In this document: positions 49,401 through 57,853 of the stretch, one piece after another
Layout: every line of letters starts with the position of its first letter
Position numbering within the stretch: position 1 is the first letter of the stretch
Sequence record: NC_026927.1
Direction: 5' to 3' (one strand)
Length of the DNA stretch: 64,000 nt
Made by a program: the position numbers and the translations under genes
Notes under the pieces: generated by a model
The model's input: only the letters and a program-made list of their open reading frames with translations
Told to the model about the DNA's origin: nothing
The model's database searches: none

Positions 49401-51162
49401 GAACCTTGTCAGTAGTGGTAGCACTAGTGGCGGTGGCGGAACTGGTATCGGTTCTACCGCTATCAATTCACCTAACCTTAATATTTCTGGTCAGGCAAAC
49501 TTCAACAACGTCAACGTTTCTGGTGTTGCCACGGTTCCTGATCTAACTGTAACCAACTCCTTTACTAATACTGGTTATTCAACCATCACTGGTGACGCCG
49601 AAGTTGGTGGAAATCTATGGTTGAAGGGTGACCTCAATGTTATCGGTTCCCAGAATGTTAGCGAGTTCTTCGCTACCAATATGGAGATCTCTGGTATCGC
49701 TACCTTCGGTACCGTAAAGGTCAACAGTAATGTCCATTGTGACGATACTGTATTTGTTGGCGGTGCTGTAACAATCACTGGTCCAATCACAGCAGTGGAT
49801 ATCTTTGCCACTGGTATTGGAACCATTCCTGTAGCAGATGTTGGACATGCCGATGTTGATTCTATCAATGTCACTGGTATCTCTACTATCTCTCAGGTTG
49901 ATATCGGTAAGATTACCGTAGGTGACTTCACTGTAACTGGATTTGCAACTGTCACTGACGGACTTGAAGTTATCGGTCCTGTCTCATTTGGTGGTTCTAT
50001 CACACAACTACCTCTACCAACTGGTCAAGGTGGTGTTTGGTTTGACAACTCTGTTGTGGGTGTCGGCACACTACTCGCCACTAATGCATCAATTAGCGGA
50101 CTCCTCGGAGTTGGTAATTCATTGGGTGTTGCTGGTGATGCCTACATCGATGGAAACATCATTGGTTCTGGTGGTACTATCTCTAATTACAACGAGATTA
50201 TTACACCTCTCCTAACCGCAACTGATATCGATGCAGCTACACTCGATGTTAGTGGTAACGTAACCATTGATGGAAACGTAGACCTTGGTGACACATCTGC
50301 CGACTTCGTTAGAATCAACGGTAGAGTAAGTACTTCCTTTATTCCTTCTACTGATAGTGCAACTGACTTAGGTAGCAATGGTCTCAGGTGGAAAGAACTC
50401 TTCGTTGATAAACTCACCCTCACAGATGATGCTGCTATTGGTGGTGATCTATCTGTTGGTGGTAGTGTATCTGCCGATTATGTAGATACTACTGAACTCA
50501 ATGTCAGTGGTGTTGCAACCTTCGCTCAGATTTCAATTGGTGGTGGCGGCGGTGGTATTAGTACCAACGGCGTTATTATTAACAATGTTACTGTTACTGA
50601 CCAGAGTACTCTTAACAACCTCATTGTTTCTGGTGTATCAACCTTCGTTGGTGTTTCTACCTTCAAGGGTGATGTCTATATCGATGGTAACCTAATCATT
50701 GATGGTGATAACAGTCAGGATCTAATCAGTGGTACTAACCTACTCGTCAGTGGTATTGCTACCATCGGCACACTAGGTGTAACTACAAACTTAACTGTTG
50801 GTGGTGATGTACTTGTCAGTGGTGCTATGACCGCTGGTTCATACAATGGTGATGGTTCTCAGTTAGATAATCTACCTGCAGCATCAATCACAACCTCCAT
50901 AACACCTACAACTAGGGTGAATGGTGATACACTACAGACTGGTGATCTATGGTATGACTCTTCTGAGTTACGCCAGTATACTTACTATGATGATGGTGGA
51001 TCCGTTCAGTGGGTACCTTCAGCCCCAGAACCTACTATTCCTGATTTTACCTACGCAGGTAACACAGGTATTGGTACTCTATCCTTAGGGGATGATACTT
51101 TCTCTGTTCCGCTTCTGGTGTGGTATTTGCCAATAAGATTGTTACGATCAACAAAGGTCTAA
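46402..51162 (+). CDS. Paralogous tail fibre-like protein (1586 aa), apparently frameshifted near 51108
   Basis: Shares the beta-helix/LamG module with 38787-46343. The last ~18 codons (PLLVWYLPIRLLRSTKV) read as out-of-frame. ATAAATA at 46343-49. Confidence 0.85.
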   Translation: MAYLLSNGGVIINDSREIVNAGVVTATAFFGDGSGLSGIATISDGGISIGDANITGNLNVSGISTVEFLNASDINVGGALTVTGDLSVGGDLSFDEVSGRNLNITGISTLGTVKISNGIVTATSGVVTYYGDGSNLTGIDITDSDVRLRNLSVTGVSTFTGDVSFGANASLVGDLTSGRNANLSGIATVNDIYIDNLLYDSNNNVGAAGSILVTAGGKLQWLPPDQAGIATVFQPGNTFFVSKNGDDSSDGLSMEKSFATISYALSQISSGTNNVLLITAGDYEEVFPLSVPDGLTVKGVGQRAVLVRPTSATETNDGFQLGNASTVEDLTIGQMFKPQGASNNNYAFTYRSGATISSRGPYVSRVTVLNKGSVTSTSDPFGYGSADAYPTTAPGGAGVLADGSVLNSASLEASFLLNEVTTFTAGNIGIDMVNGARVEWLNGFSYFASEGVKGRADQSTGLYGAGKTRLRVENASGGLVNGNTIELYDIDGTTSLASGTIDGTSGAYTTLTTGGTGTFAIAGSRKAKAASFVDTASLSTTQAKFGNASLDVTGQSTDCINVDPSSDFGFGTGDFTAEFWLYRTSATAGATILDMRDAADTDSALSIRENTSDVIEVLVGNSVVLTSSTSAIGNAAWYHIAVARLGSTMELFINGAQEASASNSSDLGLSQSLTFGADYANANGTIAFLDELRIEKGAAKYTNPFTPSTVPLEGDRGTAILLHFDGSNGATEAPDDIQIFQDIRISGGNTADRLSLADYSQFGAELRSSGCAVEYGNKGVVGDGAGVALRLIGINFSFVGALGDLTNDPNLAVQANEVTETNNAEVSFTSIDQGGDFRVGESFYVNQETGDVSFNNTTTDLTSLSSLTITDGTNNSLITPTSGRFGNVQISGQQVASVSGDLDLVTAGGGEVNIYGNTNVVGILTAQVVEINAIQKGDTSIALDDTGTDGTIRFNTDGSEAGRFTKDNDLAVTHNFRVGGIGTIPNLVSTTATITTLNVENLVSSGSTSGGGGTGIGSTAINSPNLNISGQANFNNVNVSGVATVPDLTVTNSFTNTGYSTITGDAEVGGNLWLKGDLNVIGSQNVSEFFATNMEISGIATFGTVKVNSNVHCDDTVFVGGAVTITGPITAVDIFATGIGTIPVADVGHADVDSINVTGISTISQVDIGKITVGDFTVTGFATVTDGLEVIGPVSFGGSITQLPLPTGQGGVWFDNSVVGVGTLLATNASISGLLGVGNSLGVAGDAYIDGNIIGSGGTISNYNEIITPLLTATDIDAATLDVSGNVTIDGNVDLGDTSADFVRINGRVSTSFIPSTDSATDLGSNGLRWKELFVDKLTLTDDAAIGGDLSVGGSVSADYVDTTELNVSGVATFAQISIGGGGGGISTNGVIINNVTVTDQSTLNNLIVSGVSTFVGVSTFKGDVYIDGNLIIDGDNSQDLISGTNLLVSGIATIGTLGVTTNLTVGGDVLVSGAMTAGSYNGDGSQLDNLPAASITTSITPTTRVNGDTLQTGDLWYDSSELRQYTYYDDGGSVQWVPSAPEPTIPDFTYAGNTGIGTLSLGDDTFSVPLLVWYLPIRLLRSTKV

Positions 51163-51620
51163 CCCTCAGTAGTAGTGACCTAACCGGAGTTCGTAACCTA
51201 GTTCAGACTGGTATTGCAACTCTTGGTACAGTTAACTTCTCTGGTGTAACAACCACTGTAGGTAACGCATTCGTTGGTAATGACTTAAGTGTCTTAGGCA
51301 CAGTCAACGCTAATGACTTCAACTCTACTTCTGACGCTACTAGAAAAGAAGACGTAGTTGAGATTGAAGATGCACTCGCTAAGGTCCTAGACCTACGTGG
51401 TGTAACATTCAACTGGAAGAATGGTGAAGGATCATCTGCTGGTGTTCTTGCACAAGAAGTTCAGATGGTTCTACCTGAGATTGTTAAGGGTGATGTAGGC
51501 AATATGTCCGTTCAGTATAACGGTATTATAGCACTTCTCGTCCAAGCAGTCAAGGAACTCTCTTCTGAAGTTGAAGAACTCAAGAGAACCAAGAGTGACA
51601 AGAGAAGGAAGAAATCCTGA
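51096..51620 (+). CDS. Out-of-frame C-terminal part of the preceding fibre (S74 chaperone domain)
   Basis: The frame opens at 51096 and reads SASGVVFANK...GIATLG...STSDATRKEDV...GVLAQEVQMVLPE...VQYNGII. There is no RBS before GTG 51120. Confidence 0.75.
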   Translation, partial: YFLCSASGVVFANKIVTINKGLTLSSSDLTGVRNLVQTGIATLGTVNFSGVTTTVGNAFVGNDLSVLGTVNANDFNSTSDATRKEDVVEIEDALAKVLDLRGVTFNWKNGEGSSAGVLAQEVQMVLPEIVKGDVGNMSVQYNGIIALLVQAVKELSSEVEELKRTKSDKRRKKS

Positions 51621-51624
51621 TAAC

Positions 51625-51712
51625 TTGCCATACTCCTTCTGATCCTGTATAATACCTTTGTGGAGGATCAGAAGTTGGCTCTAAGCTTAGACCCCTTATG
51701 GGGTCTTTTTTT
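51625..51712 (+). ncRNA. Candidate small RNA: promoter directly followed by a terminator
   Basis: TTGCCA-N17-TATAAT (51625-53), about 50 nt, then AGACCCC-TTAT-GGGGTCT plus T6 (51689-712). Confidence 0.45.
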
Positions 51713-51751
51713 ATGCCATAATAAATAGAAGTGATAACTCCATGAAGACAC

Positions 51752-52126
51752 ATGTCTCTTTCAATTACTACTGCCACTACTACACATGATGGTGTAGTTA
51801 CTGATGTACAATGGGCTTATACTACATCTGAAGGTATTATCTCAGGTGGTCACACAATGCAAGGAACACCTGGTAGTGTTTCATTAGAAAATGTTAATGA
51901 ATCTGTTATATCTGGTTGGTTAGAAGAACAGATGGATACCTCACACTTTGATAGACTTTGTTCTGAAAGAGGTTTCCCAACAGAAGAAGAGAAAGAAGAC
52001 AGAACCTTCAACTTCTCAGAAACAGGTACAATGGAAGAAGTAGTTGCACCTGAGCCTGAGCCTGAGCCTGAACCTGAAGATAATGTTGGTATTGCAACCG
52101 ATGGTTCATCTGGTATTTCAACTTAG
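51752..52126 (+). CDS. Late hypothetical protein (fibre-associated?) with a PE repeat
   Basis: ATAAATA at 51721-27; acidic; PEPEPEPEPE. Confidence 0.65.
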   Translation: MSLSITTATTTHDGVVTDVQWAYTTSEGIISGGHTMQGTPGSVSLENVNESVISGWLEEQMDTSHFDRLCSERGFPTEEEKEDRTFNFSETGTMEEVVAPEPEPEPEPEDNVGIATDGSSGIST

Positions 52127-52162
52127 AAACTTTTAATCTTCCAAAAGAACAAAATTATTCTA

Positions 52163-52837
52163 ATGTCTCAAATCAATTTCCCAAATATCCCATCAGATGG
52201 TGATGAGTTTTTGGCACCCAATGGTACAACTTACCAATATGATTCCGACACAGGTCAGTGGAAGATTCTATTAGGTCCTGGTGCCGATGGTCCCAAGGGT
52301 CCTATAGGTCCTGAAGGTGCTACTGGATCCACAGGTCCCGATGGTCCTACTGGTGCTACTGGAACGGATGCTACAAGAATAACTGGTGAGATTATTGCAT
52401 TTGGTGGAACTACTGTTCCATCTGGCTGGCTTGAATGTAATGGTCAAGCTGCTCCTAGTGCTCTTGCTGCTGTATTAGGTATATCTAATGTACCAGACTT
52501 ACGTGGTGAGTTTATAAGAGGATTTGATAACGGTAGAGGTGTTGATAGTGGCCGTGCCATTCTCACCGCTCAGGGTGATGAATTTGAGAGTCACACACAC
52601 ATTCAAAATTCCCATAACCATACACAAAATCCACACACTCACCAAGCAAATTACACACCCTTAACCTATGTGGCGGGGCAACCACAAGCAAATGGATTGG
52701 TTACCGCGGTAACAGCTCTAACAAACATTTCCACAAACACAGCAACTAATATTGCAAACACAGCAACCAACCAAAGCACAGGTGGTACTGAAACCCGTCC
52801 ACGCAACATATCTCTGATGTACATCATTAAAACCTAA
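52163..52837 (+). CDS. Short tail fibre with phage tail-collar domain (gp12-like) and collagen-like linker
   Basis: GEIIAFGG..VPSGWLECNG...VPDLRGEFIRGFDNGRGVDSGR, HxH motifs, ETRPRNISLMYIIK. Confidence 0.88.
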   Translation: MSQINFPNIPSDGDEFLAPNGTTYQYDSDTGQWKILLGPGADGPKGPIGPEGATGSTGPDGPTGATGTDATRITGEIIAFGGTTVPSGWLECNGQAAPSALAAVLGISNVPDLRGEFIRGFDNGRGVDSGRAILTAQGDEFESHTHIQNSHNHTQNPHTHQANYTPLTYVAGQPQANGLVTAVTALTNISTNTATNIANTATNQSTGGTETRPRNISLMYIIKT

Positions 52838-52841
52838 ACCC

Positions 52842-53489
52842 ATGTCTCAAATTAATTTCCCAAATAGCCCATCCGATGGTGAAGAGTTTCTAGCATCTAA
52901 TGGAACTACGTATCGATACGATAGTTCTACGGGTCAGTGGAAGATTCTATCAGGTCCTGGTGTTCAGGGACCCGCTGGTAATACAGGTCCTACTGGATCT
53001 ATTATTATGTGGGGAACTTCAACACTACCAGAGGGATATATCGAATGTAATGGTCAATCTACTTCTGGATATACAGCTTTAGCTGCGTTATATGGTTCCA
53101 ATGTCCCAGATCTTCGTGGTGAGTTTGTAAGGGGTTGGGATAACGGTAAGGGTACTGATAGTGGTCGGGCTCTATTGGGTAGTCAAGGCGAATCGTTTAA
53201 AAGCCACACACACACTCAGAATTCACACAATCACAGTCAGAATTCACACAATCACACACAGAATCCCCACAAACACACGCAACAACTGGGTGGAACTATT
53301 TCATCTGACCTTTTGCAATCCGGGAGCTATAGGATTGGTAACGCAAATTCTGCATCAGTTAGTAATACCACAGCAACCAATAAATCTACTACAGCAACCA
53401 ATAATGCAGCCACAGCAACCAACCAAAGCACAGGTGATACTGAAACCCGTCCACGCAACATATCTTTGATGTATATTATTAAGACCTAG
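52842..53489 (+). CDS. Second tail-collar short fibre paralog
   Basis: GSIIMWG..LPEGYIECNG...PDLRGEFVRGWDNG, HxH repeats, and the same C-terminus as the first paralog. Confidence 0.88.
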   Translation: MSQINFPNSPSDGEEFLASNGTTYRYDSSTGQWKILSGPGVQGPAGNTGPTGSIIMWGTSTLPEGYIECNGQSTSGYTALAALYGSNVPDLRGEFVRGWDNGKGTDSGRALLGSQGESFKSHTHTQNSHNHSQNSHNHTQNPHKHTQQLGGTISSDLLQSGSYRIGNANSASVSNTTATNKSTTATNNAATATNQSTGDTETRPRNISLMYIIKT

Positions 53490-53525
53490 TGTGATATAAT
53501 AAATACACTGTAAGAATACTATATT

Positions 53526-53759
53526 ATGTACACCCTATACTCCAAACTAAACTGTTCTCATTGTAAAGCAATTGAGAATGTATTTGATCTAAAGAACATC
53601 CCATACACCAAGAAAACACTAGGTCTAGACTTCACTAAGGTGGAGTTTATGGAACAATTTGGTAGAACTACTTTCCCCAGAGTAGTCAGTAATGAAGGAG
53701 TGGTATTGGGTGGTGCTAGTGAAACTGTTAAAATCCTAAAAGAACAAGGTATCCTTTAA
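53526..53759 (+). CDS. Glutaredoxin (T4 NrdC-like)
   Basis: YSKLNCSHC (CxxC) and TTFPRV. Nested TG-A-TATAAT/AATAAATA promoter at 53492-505. Confidence 0.85.
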   Translation: MYTLYSKLNCSHCKAIENVFDLKNIPYTKKTLGLDFTKVEFMEQFGRTTFPRVVSNEGVVLGGASETVKILKEQGIL

Positions 53760-53971
53760 TGTCTCAAATTAATTTTCCAAGTTCACCAGATAATGGTGAT
53801 GAGTTTTTAGCCGGTAATGGCACAACATATCAATATGACAGTGCAACAGGTCAGTGGAAGATTCTATCAGGTCCTGGATCTCAAGGTCCTATAGGTCCTG
53901 CAGGTCCTCTTGGATCTACAGGTGCTACTGGACCTACCATTGATATTGGTGCCCTACCAGAACTTAGTTGA
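53759..53971 (+). CDS. Truncated third paralog of the MSQINFP fibre family (N-module plus collagen triplets only)
   Basis: MSQINFPSSPDNGDEFLAGNGTTYQYDSATGQWKILSGPG followed by (Gxx)n. Confidence 0.8.
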   Translation: MSQINFPSSPDNGDEFLAGNGTTYQYDSATGQWKILSGPGSQGPIGPAGPLGSTGATGPTIDIGALPELS

Positions 53972-54005
53972 TATGTTATAATGTATCATAGTAACTCTAT
54001 GATAT

Positions 54006-54764
54006 ATGGCTGCCCCTGTTGTTAAGATTTTGACTCCTGCATATATGGGTCAAGTGACCACACAATATATGCATAGTCTTATTGAATTTATACCATATGC
54101 TATGAGTAATGGTATAAATGTAACCTTTGAGACAATGCCCAACTGTTCTCTCATCAGTTTGGGTAGGAATGTGATGCAGTCTAGAGCACTCAGAGATCCC
54201 ACATGGACTCATCTAATGTGGATTGATTCTGATATTAGATTTCCAAAGGAAGCTATTATCAGTATGTTATTTGATGATAAACCTATTATGGGTGGTTTCT
54301 ATCCAAAGAAGTCACTACCCATTGACATGGCAAGTTCTCCCATGCCTGGTGGTGAAGAAACTGAGCAACTATTTGAAACTGATTATGTTGCCACTGGTTT
54401 CATGTTAATTAAACGTGAAGTCATTGAGAAGATGCAAGATTCATACCCCGAACGTAAGTTTTTCTATCAGGGTAGTGACGAATATTATGATTTATATGCA
54501 CCTTACATCGATGAAGATTCACCTAATAGATTATTTCTCACTGAAGACTACGCCTTCTGTCGTCTAGCACGTAAGATAGGTTATAAGTCATACATGTCCA
54601 AGAGATTTACTCTAGGTCATATTGGTGTCTATGAGTTTAATTGGAATACAGAAAAGAATCTATCACAAGCATATATTCAGAAGTATGCACAACCAAAACA
54701 AAAACTAGAAAAGGTTGAAGGTGATAGTGAAGATTACAATAAACTAGATGATCTTCCACAATAA
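54006..54764 (+). CDS. GT-A fold (GT2-like) glycosyltransferase
   Basis: ILTPAY, SLISLGRN, THLMWIDSD, TEDYAFC. Confidence 0.7.
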   Translation: MAAPVVKILTPAYMGQVTTQYMHSLIEFIPYAMSNGINVTFETMPNCSLISLGRNVMQSRALRDPTWTHLMWIDSDIRFPKEAIISMLFDDKPIMGGFYPKKSLPIDMASSPMPGGEETEQLFETDYVATGFMLIKREVIEKMQDSYPERKFFYQGSDEYYDLYAPYIDEDSPNRLFLTEDYAFCRLARKIGYKSYMSKRFTLGHIGVYEFNWNTEKNLSQAYIQKYAQPKQKLEKVEGDSEDYNKLDDLPQ

Positions 54765-54792
54765 ATACTAACACTAGAACTACCACAAACAA

Positions 54793-55947
54793 ATGTCTAT
54801 AAGAACTGCTTATTACTTAATGCAAAGAAGTGGCGTTAATTATAAGGTTTCGGGATTAGATCTTATAAACAGAGACACTTCTATACTTAATGCTGGTGAT
54901 GTATTTTTGGTTGAAAGGAGTGGAACTGCATACAAATTTACAGTATCACTTGATGCAGGAGGGGATGTAGATACATCTAGCATTCAAGATGATGATCTGT
55001 TTGTTTGTTTTATTGATGGATCTGAAAAGAAAATTAATGGATTAGAGTTTAGTGCTCTAGTTAGTCCGAACGTATGGGAAACCAAAGACAGTTGGACTCA
55101 TATTATTACAGATATAGAATACGAATGGCAAAGCGTATATGGTTATGATCATGATGGTGTCTATCGATTAGATGGAACATTAATAGCTGCTGCTGCTTCC
55201 AGCACCGAGCTCACGACTGAATCAGAATTTGTGATCACTGGTAATAGTTCTACTGTGAGTGCAGGCGGCATTGATGTTAGAGTAGCGTGGCTTAGTAACA
55301 TAGGCACAAGAACAGACTTAAGTCGTGCGTTCCAAGATCTACCCGATCTGACTTTATTTGATGGGTATTGGGATATGACCAACGTTACAAACATGGCACA
55401 GATGTTCTACAACGTTGGACCTTTTACAGCTGACGTTAGTAGTTGGAATACATCTAATGTGACTAATATGTCGGATATGTTCTATCGCTCGGGTTGGGGT
55501 GATTACACCTTCAATGTTACAGGGCTTTCTTCCTGGGATACAACGAATGTCACATGTATGTCGTTTATGTTTGAAGGCATTGATCTAACTGAAGATATTA
55601 CTGGTTGGGATGTTTCTAATGTAACTAATATGGCGGGTATGTTCGAGTTCGGTATCTTCAACCAAAACATTGGTGGTTGGGATGTTTCTAATGTAACTAA
55701 TATGAGTTATATGTTCCACGAGAGTAACACCTTCAATCAAAACATTGGTGGTTGGGATGTTGCTAATGTAACTAATATGGATGCTATGTTCTATTACTAT
55801 AGTGGTGGACAATTTGCTGGACAATTCAACCAAAACCTAAGTGGATGGTGTGTAACTAACATTGGATCTAAACCTAATGACTTCGATACTAATTCTGGTT
55901 TCGCAGGTCAGACCGCCCTACAACCACAGTGGGGTACTTGCCCATAA
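54793..55947 (+). CDS. DUF285/BspA-type surface LRR protein
   Basis: Repeats WD(V/T)SNVTNM..MF and FNQNIGGW, terminal FNQNLSGWCV. AATAAATA at 54760-67. Confidence 0.88.
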   Translation: MSIRTAYYLMQRSGVNYKVSGLDLINRDTSILNAGDVFLVERSGTAYKFTVSLDAGGDVDTSSIQDDDLFVCFIDGSEKKINGLEFSALVSPNVWETKDSWTHIITDIEYEWQSVYGYDHDGVYRLDGTLIAAAASSTELTTESEFVITGNSSTVSAGGIDVRVAWLSNIGTRTDLSRAFQDLPDLTLFDGYWDMTNVTNMAQMFYNVGPFTADVSSWNTSNVTNMSDMFYRSGWGDYTFNVTGLSSWDTTNVTCMSFMFEGIDLTEDITGWDVSNVTNMAGMFEFGIFNQNIGGWDVSNVTNMSYMFHESNTFNQNIGGWDVANVTNMDAMFYYYSGGQFAGQFNQNLSGWCVTNIGSKPNDFDTNSGFAGQTALQPQWGTCP

Positions 55948-56564
55948 TGAGTAAGGTTGATATTGTTATTCCTTGTCATGAGTTATATGAAATTCTTGGA
56001 GAATGTATTGAATCAGTTTTAGAAACCAAATCTCACAATCCAAATACCTTCGGTCAAGTTATTCTAGTTGATGATGACTCCTCATCAGAGGGAACACTAG
56101 AAGAATACTTCAGTGACAAATATCCTGATGTTAAATACGTCAGGAATCCAAACAGGATGTATTTTAGTGGAACTGTTAATCATGGTTCTGACTATGTTAC
56201 ATCCAAATACTTTATGATGCTAAATTCTGATACTCTAATTGAAACTCCAAATTGGTTGGAGGTTATGGTAGAGGAATATAACTCTGATGATAAGATTAAG
56301 ATTATTAGTGCAAACTTTAATGATCGCAAACCATACTTTTCTGGAGGACCATTTGTGTGTGGTGTTTGTCTTATGATGGAGATTGATTTGTTCAGACAAA
56401 TAGGAAAGTTAAAATCTGATGGTAAATTCATTCACTGGCATAGTGATAAGAAATTACAGAATGATGTACGTCGTATGGGATATTTGAATGCTTTATCCAC
56501 TGCTAAGATAAAACATTTGGGAGGCAGATCCCGCGGATATATTCCTACTGAATTGGAAAGATGA
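55947..56564 (+). CDS. Glycosyltransferase family 2
   Basis: VDIVIPCH, ILVDDDS, FMMLNSDT. Confidence 0.8.
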   Translation: MSKVDIVIPCHELYEILGECIESVLETKSHNPNTFGQVILVDDDSSSEGTLEEYFSDKYPDVKYVRNPNRMYFSGTVNHGSDYVTSKYFMMLNSDTLIETPNWLEVMVEEYNSDDKIKIISANFNDRKPYFSGGPFVCGVCLMMEIDLFRQIGKLKSDGKFIHWHSDKKLQNDVRRMGYLNALSTAKIKHLGGRSRGYIPTELER

Positions 56565-57553
56565 AAAGAGTTCTTGTGACAGGTGGTGCTGGTTTCATCG
56601 CTCACCATCTAATCTTAATGATATTAGAAACTACAGACTGGGAGATTATTAGTTTAGATAGATTAGACTTCAGTGGTAATTTGAATAGGTTATATGATAT
56701 TCTATTAGAATCTCCTCATAAGTCTAGAGTTAAGATAGTATATCATGACCTAAAGGCACCTATCAATCCATTGGTGGCATCAGATATTGGAAAGGTAGAT
56801 TATATTCTACACCTTGCTGCTGGATCACATGTTGATCGTAGTATTGAGTATCCTTTAGAGTTTGTTATGGATAATGTTGTGGGAACCTGCAACATATTAG
56901 ACTTTGCTAGAACACAGGATCTGATTCGGTTTATCTACTTTGGAACTGATGAAGTGTTCGGTCCCGCTCCTACAGGTGTAAGTTATAAGGAGAATGATAG
57001 ATACAACTCAACCAATCCATATAGTGCCAGTAAGGCAGGTGGTGAGGAACTAGCAGTATCATTTCAAAATACCTATGGTGTTCCAGTGTATATCACACAC
57101 ACTATGAATGTATTTGGACAGAGACAACACCCAGAGAAGTTCATACCTATGTGTATTAAACGCATCAGGGACGGTCAAGTTGTAACTATTCATAGTGATG
57201 AGACTAAAACCATACCAGGATCTAGACACTACATTCATGCGGAGGATGTATCTGATGCTATTATGTTCCTCCTATCCTATGAGAGTGATGAGAAGTGTCC
57301 CAAGTTTAATATTGTAGGAACAGAAGAGTTGAATAACTTACAACTAGCACAGATCATTGCTGAAATTCAAGGAAAGGAATTAAACTATGAGATGGTTGAT
57401 TTCCACACATCAAGACCGGGACATGATCTTCGATACTCATTGTGTGGGGAGAAAATGAAGTCATTGGGTTGGGAACCAAAGAATATAAGAGATAGGATTG
57501 AAGAAGTTGTTGATTGGACACTTGATAATGAACGTTGGATTAGTGTGTTATAA
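56561..57553 (+). CDS. rmlB: dTDP-glucose 4,6-dehydratase-like (RmlB family)
   Basis: VTGGAGFI, HLAAGSHVDRSI, GTDEVFG, NPYSASK, RPGHDLRY. Confidence 0.88.
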   Translation: MKRVLVTGGAGFIAHHLILMILETTDWEIISLDRLDFSGNLNRLYDILLESPHKSRVKIVYHDLKAPINPLVASDIGKVDYILHLAAGSHVDRSIEYPLEFVMDNVVGTCNILDFARTQDLIRFIYFGTDEVFGPAPTGVSYKENDRYNSTNPYSASKAGGEELAVSFQNTYGVPVYITHTMNVFGQRQHPEKFIPMCIKRIRDGQVVTIHSDETKTIPGSRHYIHAEDVSDAIMFLLSYESDEKCPKFNIVGTEELNNLQLAQIIAEIQGKELNYEMVDFHTSRPGHDLRYSLCGEKMKSLGWEPKNIRDRIEEVVDWTLDNERWISVL

Positions 57554-57599
57554 TAATGAGGTTAGGGGTATAAATAACTAAAAATAGGAGGCTATTAAG

Positions 57600-57830
57600 A
57601 TGCTTACCGTATCAATTGTGTTTGGGGTTATCCTACTCCAAATGTTCCTCCTCCTAGGTGGTGTTATCGGGTACCTAGCTTATGGGTACCTATCAATACA
57701 AGCCTCCCAGCTACCCAATCATCCTGAATTCTACGATGAAGAAGGAAACGTACTACCAGATGAAATTCTTGCTATTCGTTTTGAGCATAGCTATGGTCAG
57801 GATGGAGAGTGGATTGGTGAAGAGGATTAA
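57600..57830 (+). CDS. Conserved small membrane protein of T4-like cyanophages
   Basis: TM segment plus HPEFYDEEGNVLPDEILAIRFE; TATAAATA at 57569-76. Confidence 0.7.
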   Translation: MLTVSIVFGVILLQMFLLLGGVIGYLAYGYLSIQASQLPNHPEFYDEEGNVLPDEILAIRFEHSYGQDGEWIGEED

Positions 57831-57853
57831 ACTATTACTTTTTGGAAAACATT

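Noticed and set aside
51090-51120. Canonical programmed -1 frameshift signal
   Set aside because: There is no X XXY YYZ heptamer or obvious downstream stimulatory structure, so it is kept only as an unexplained frameshift.
20818-55947. Diversity-generating retroelement or invertible shufflon acting on the fibres
   Set aside because: No reverse transcriptase or recombinase is present, no repeat pair differs only at adenines, and all cassettes are in the same orientation without inverted crossover sites.
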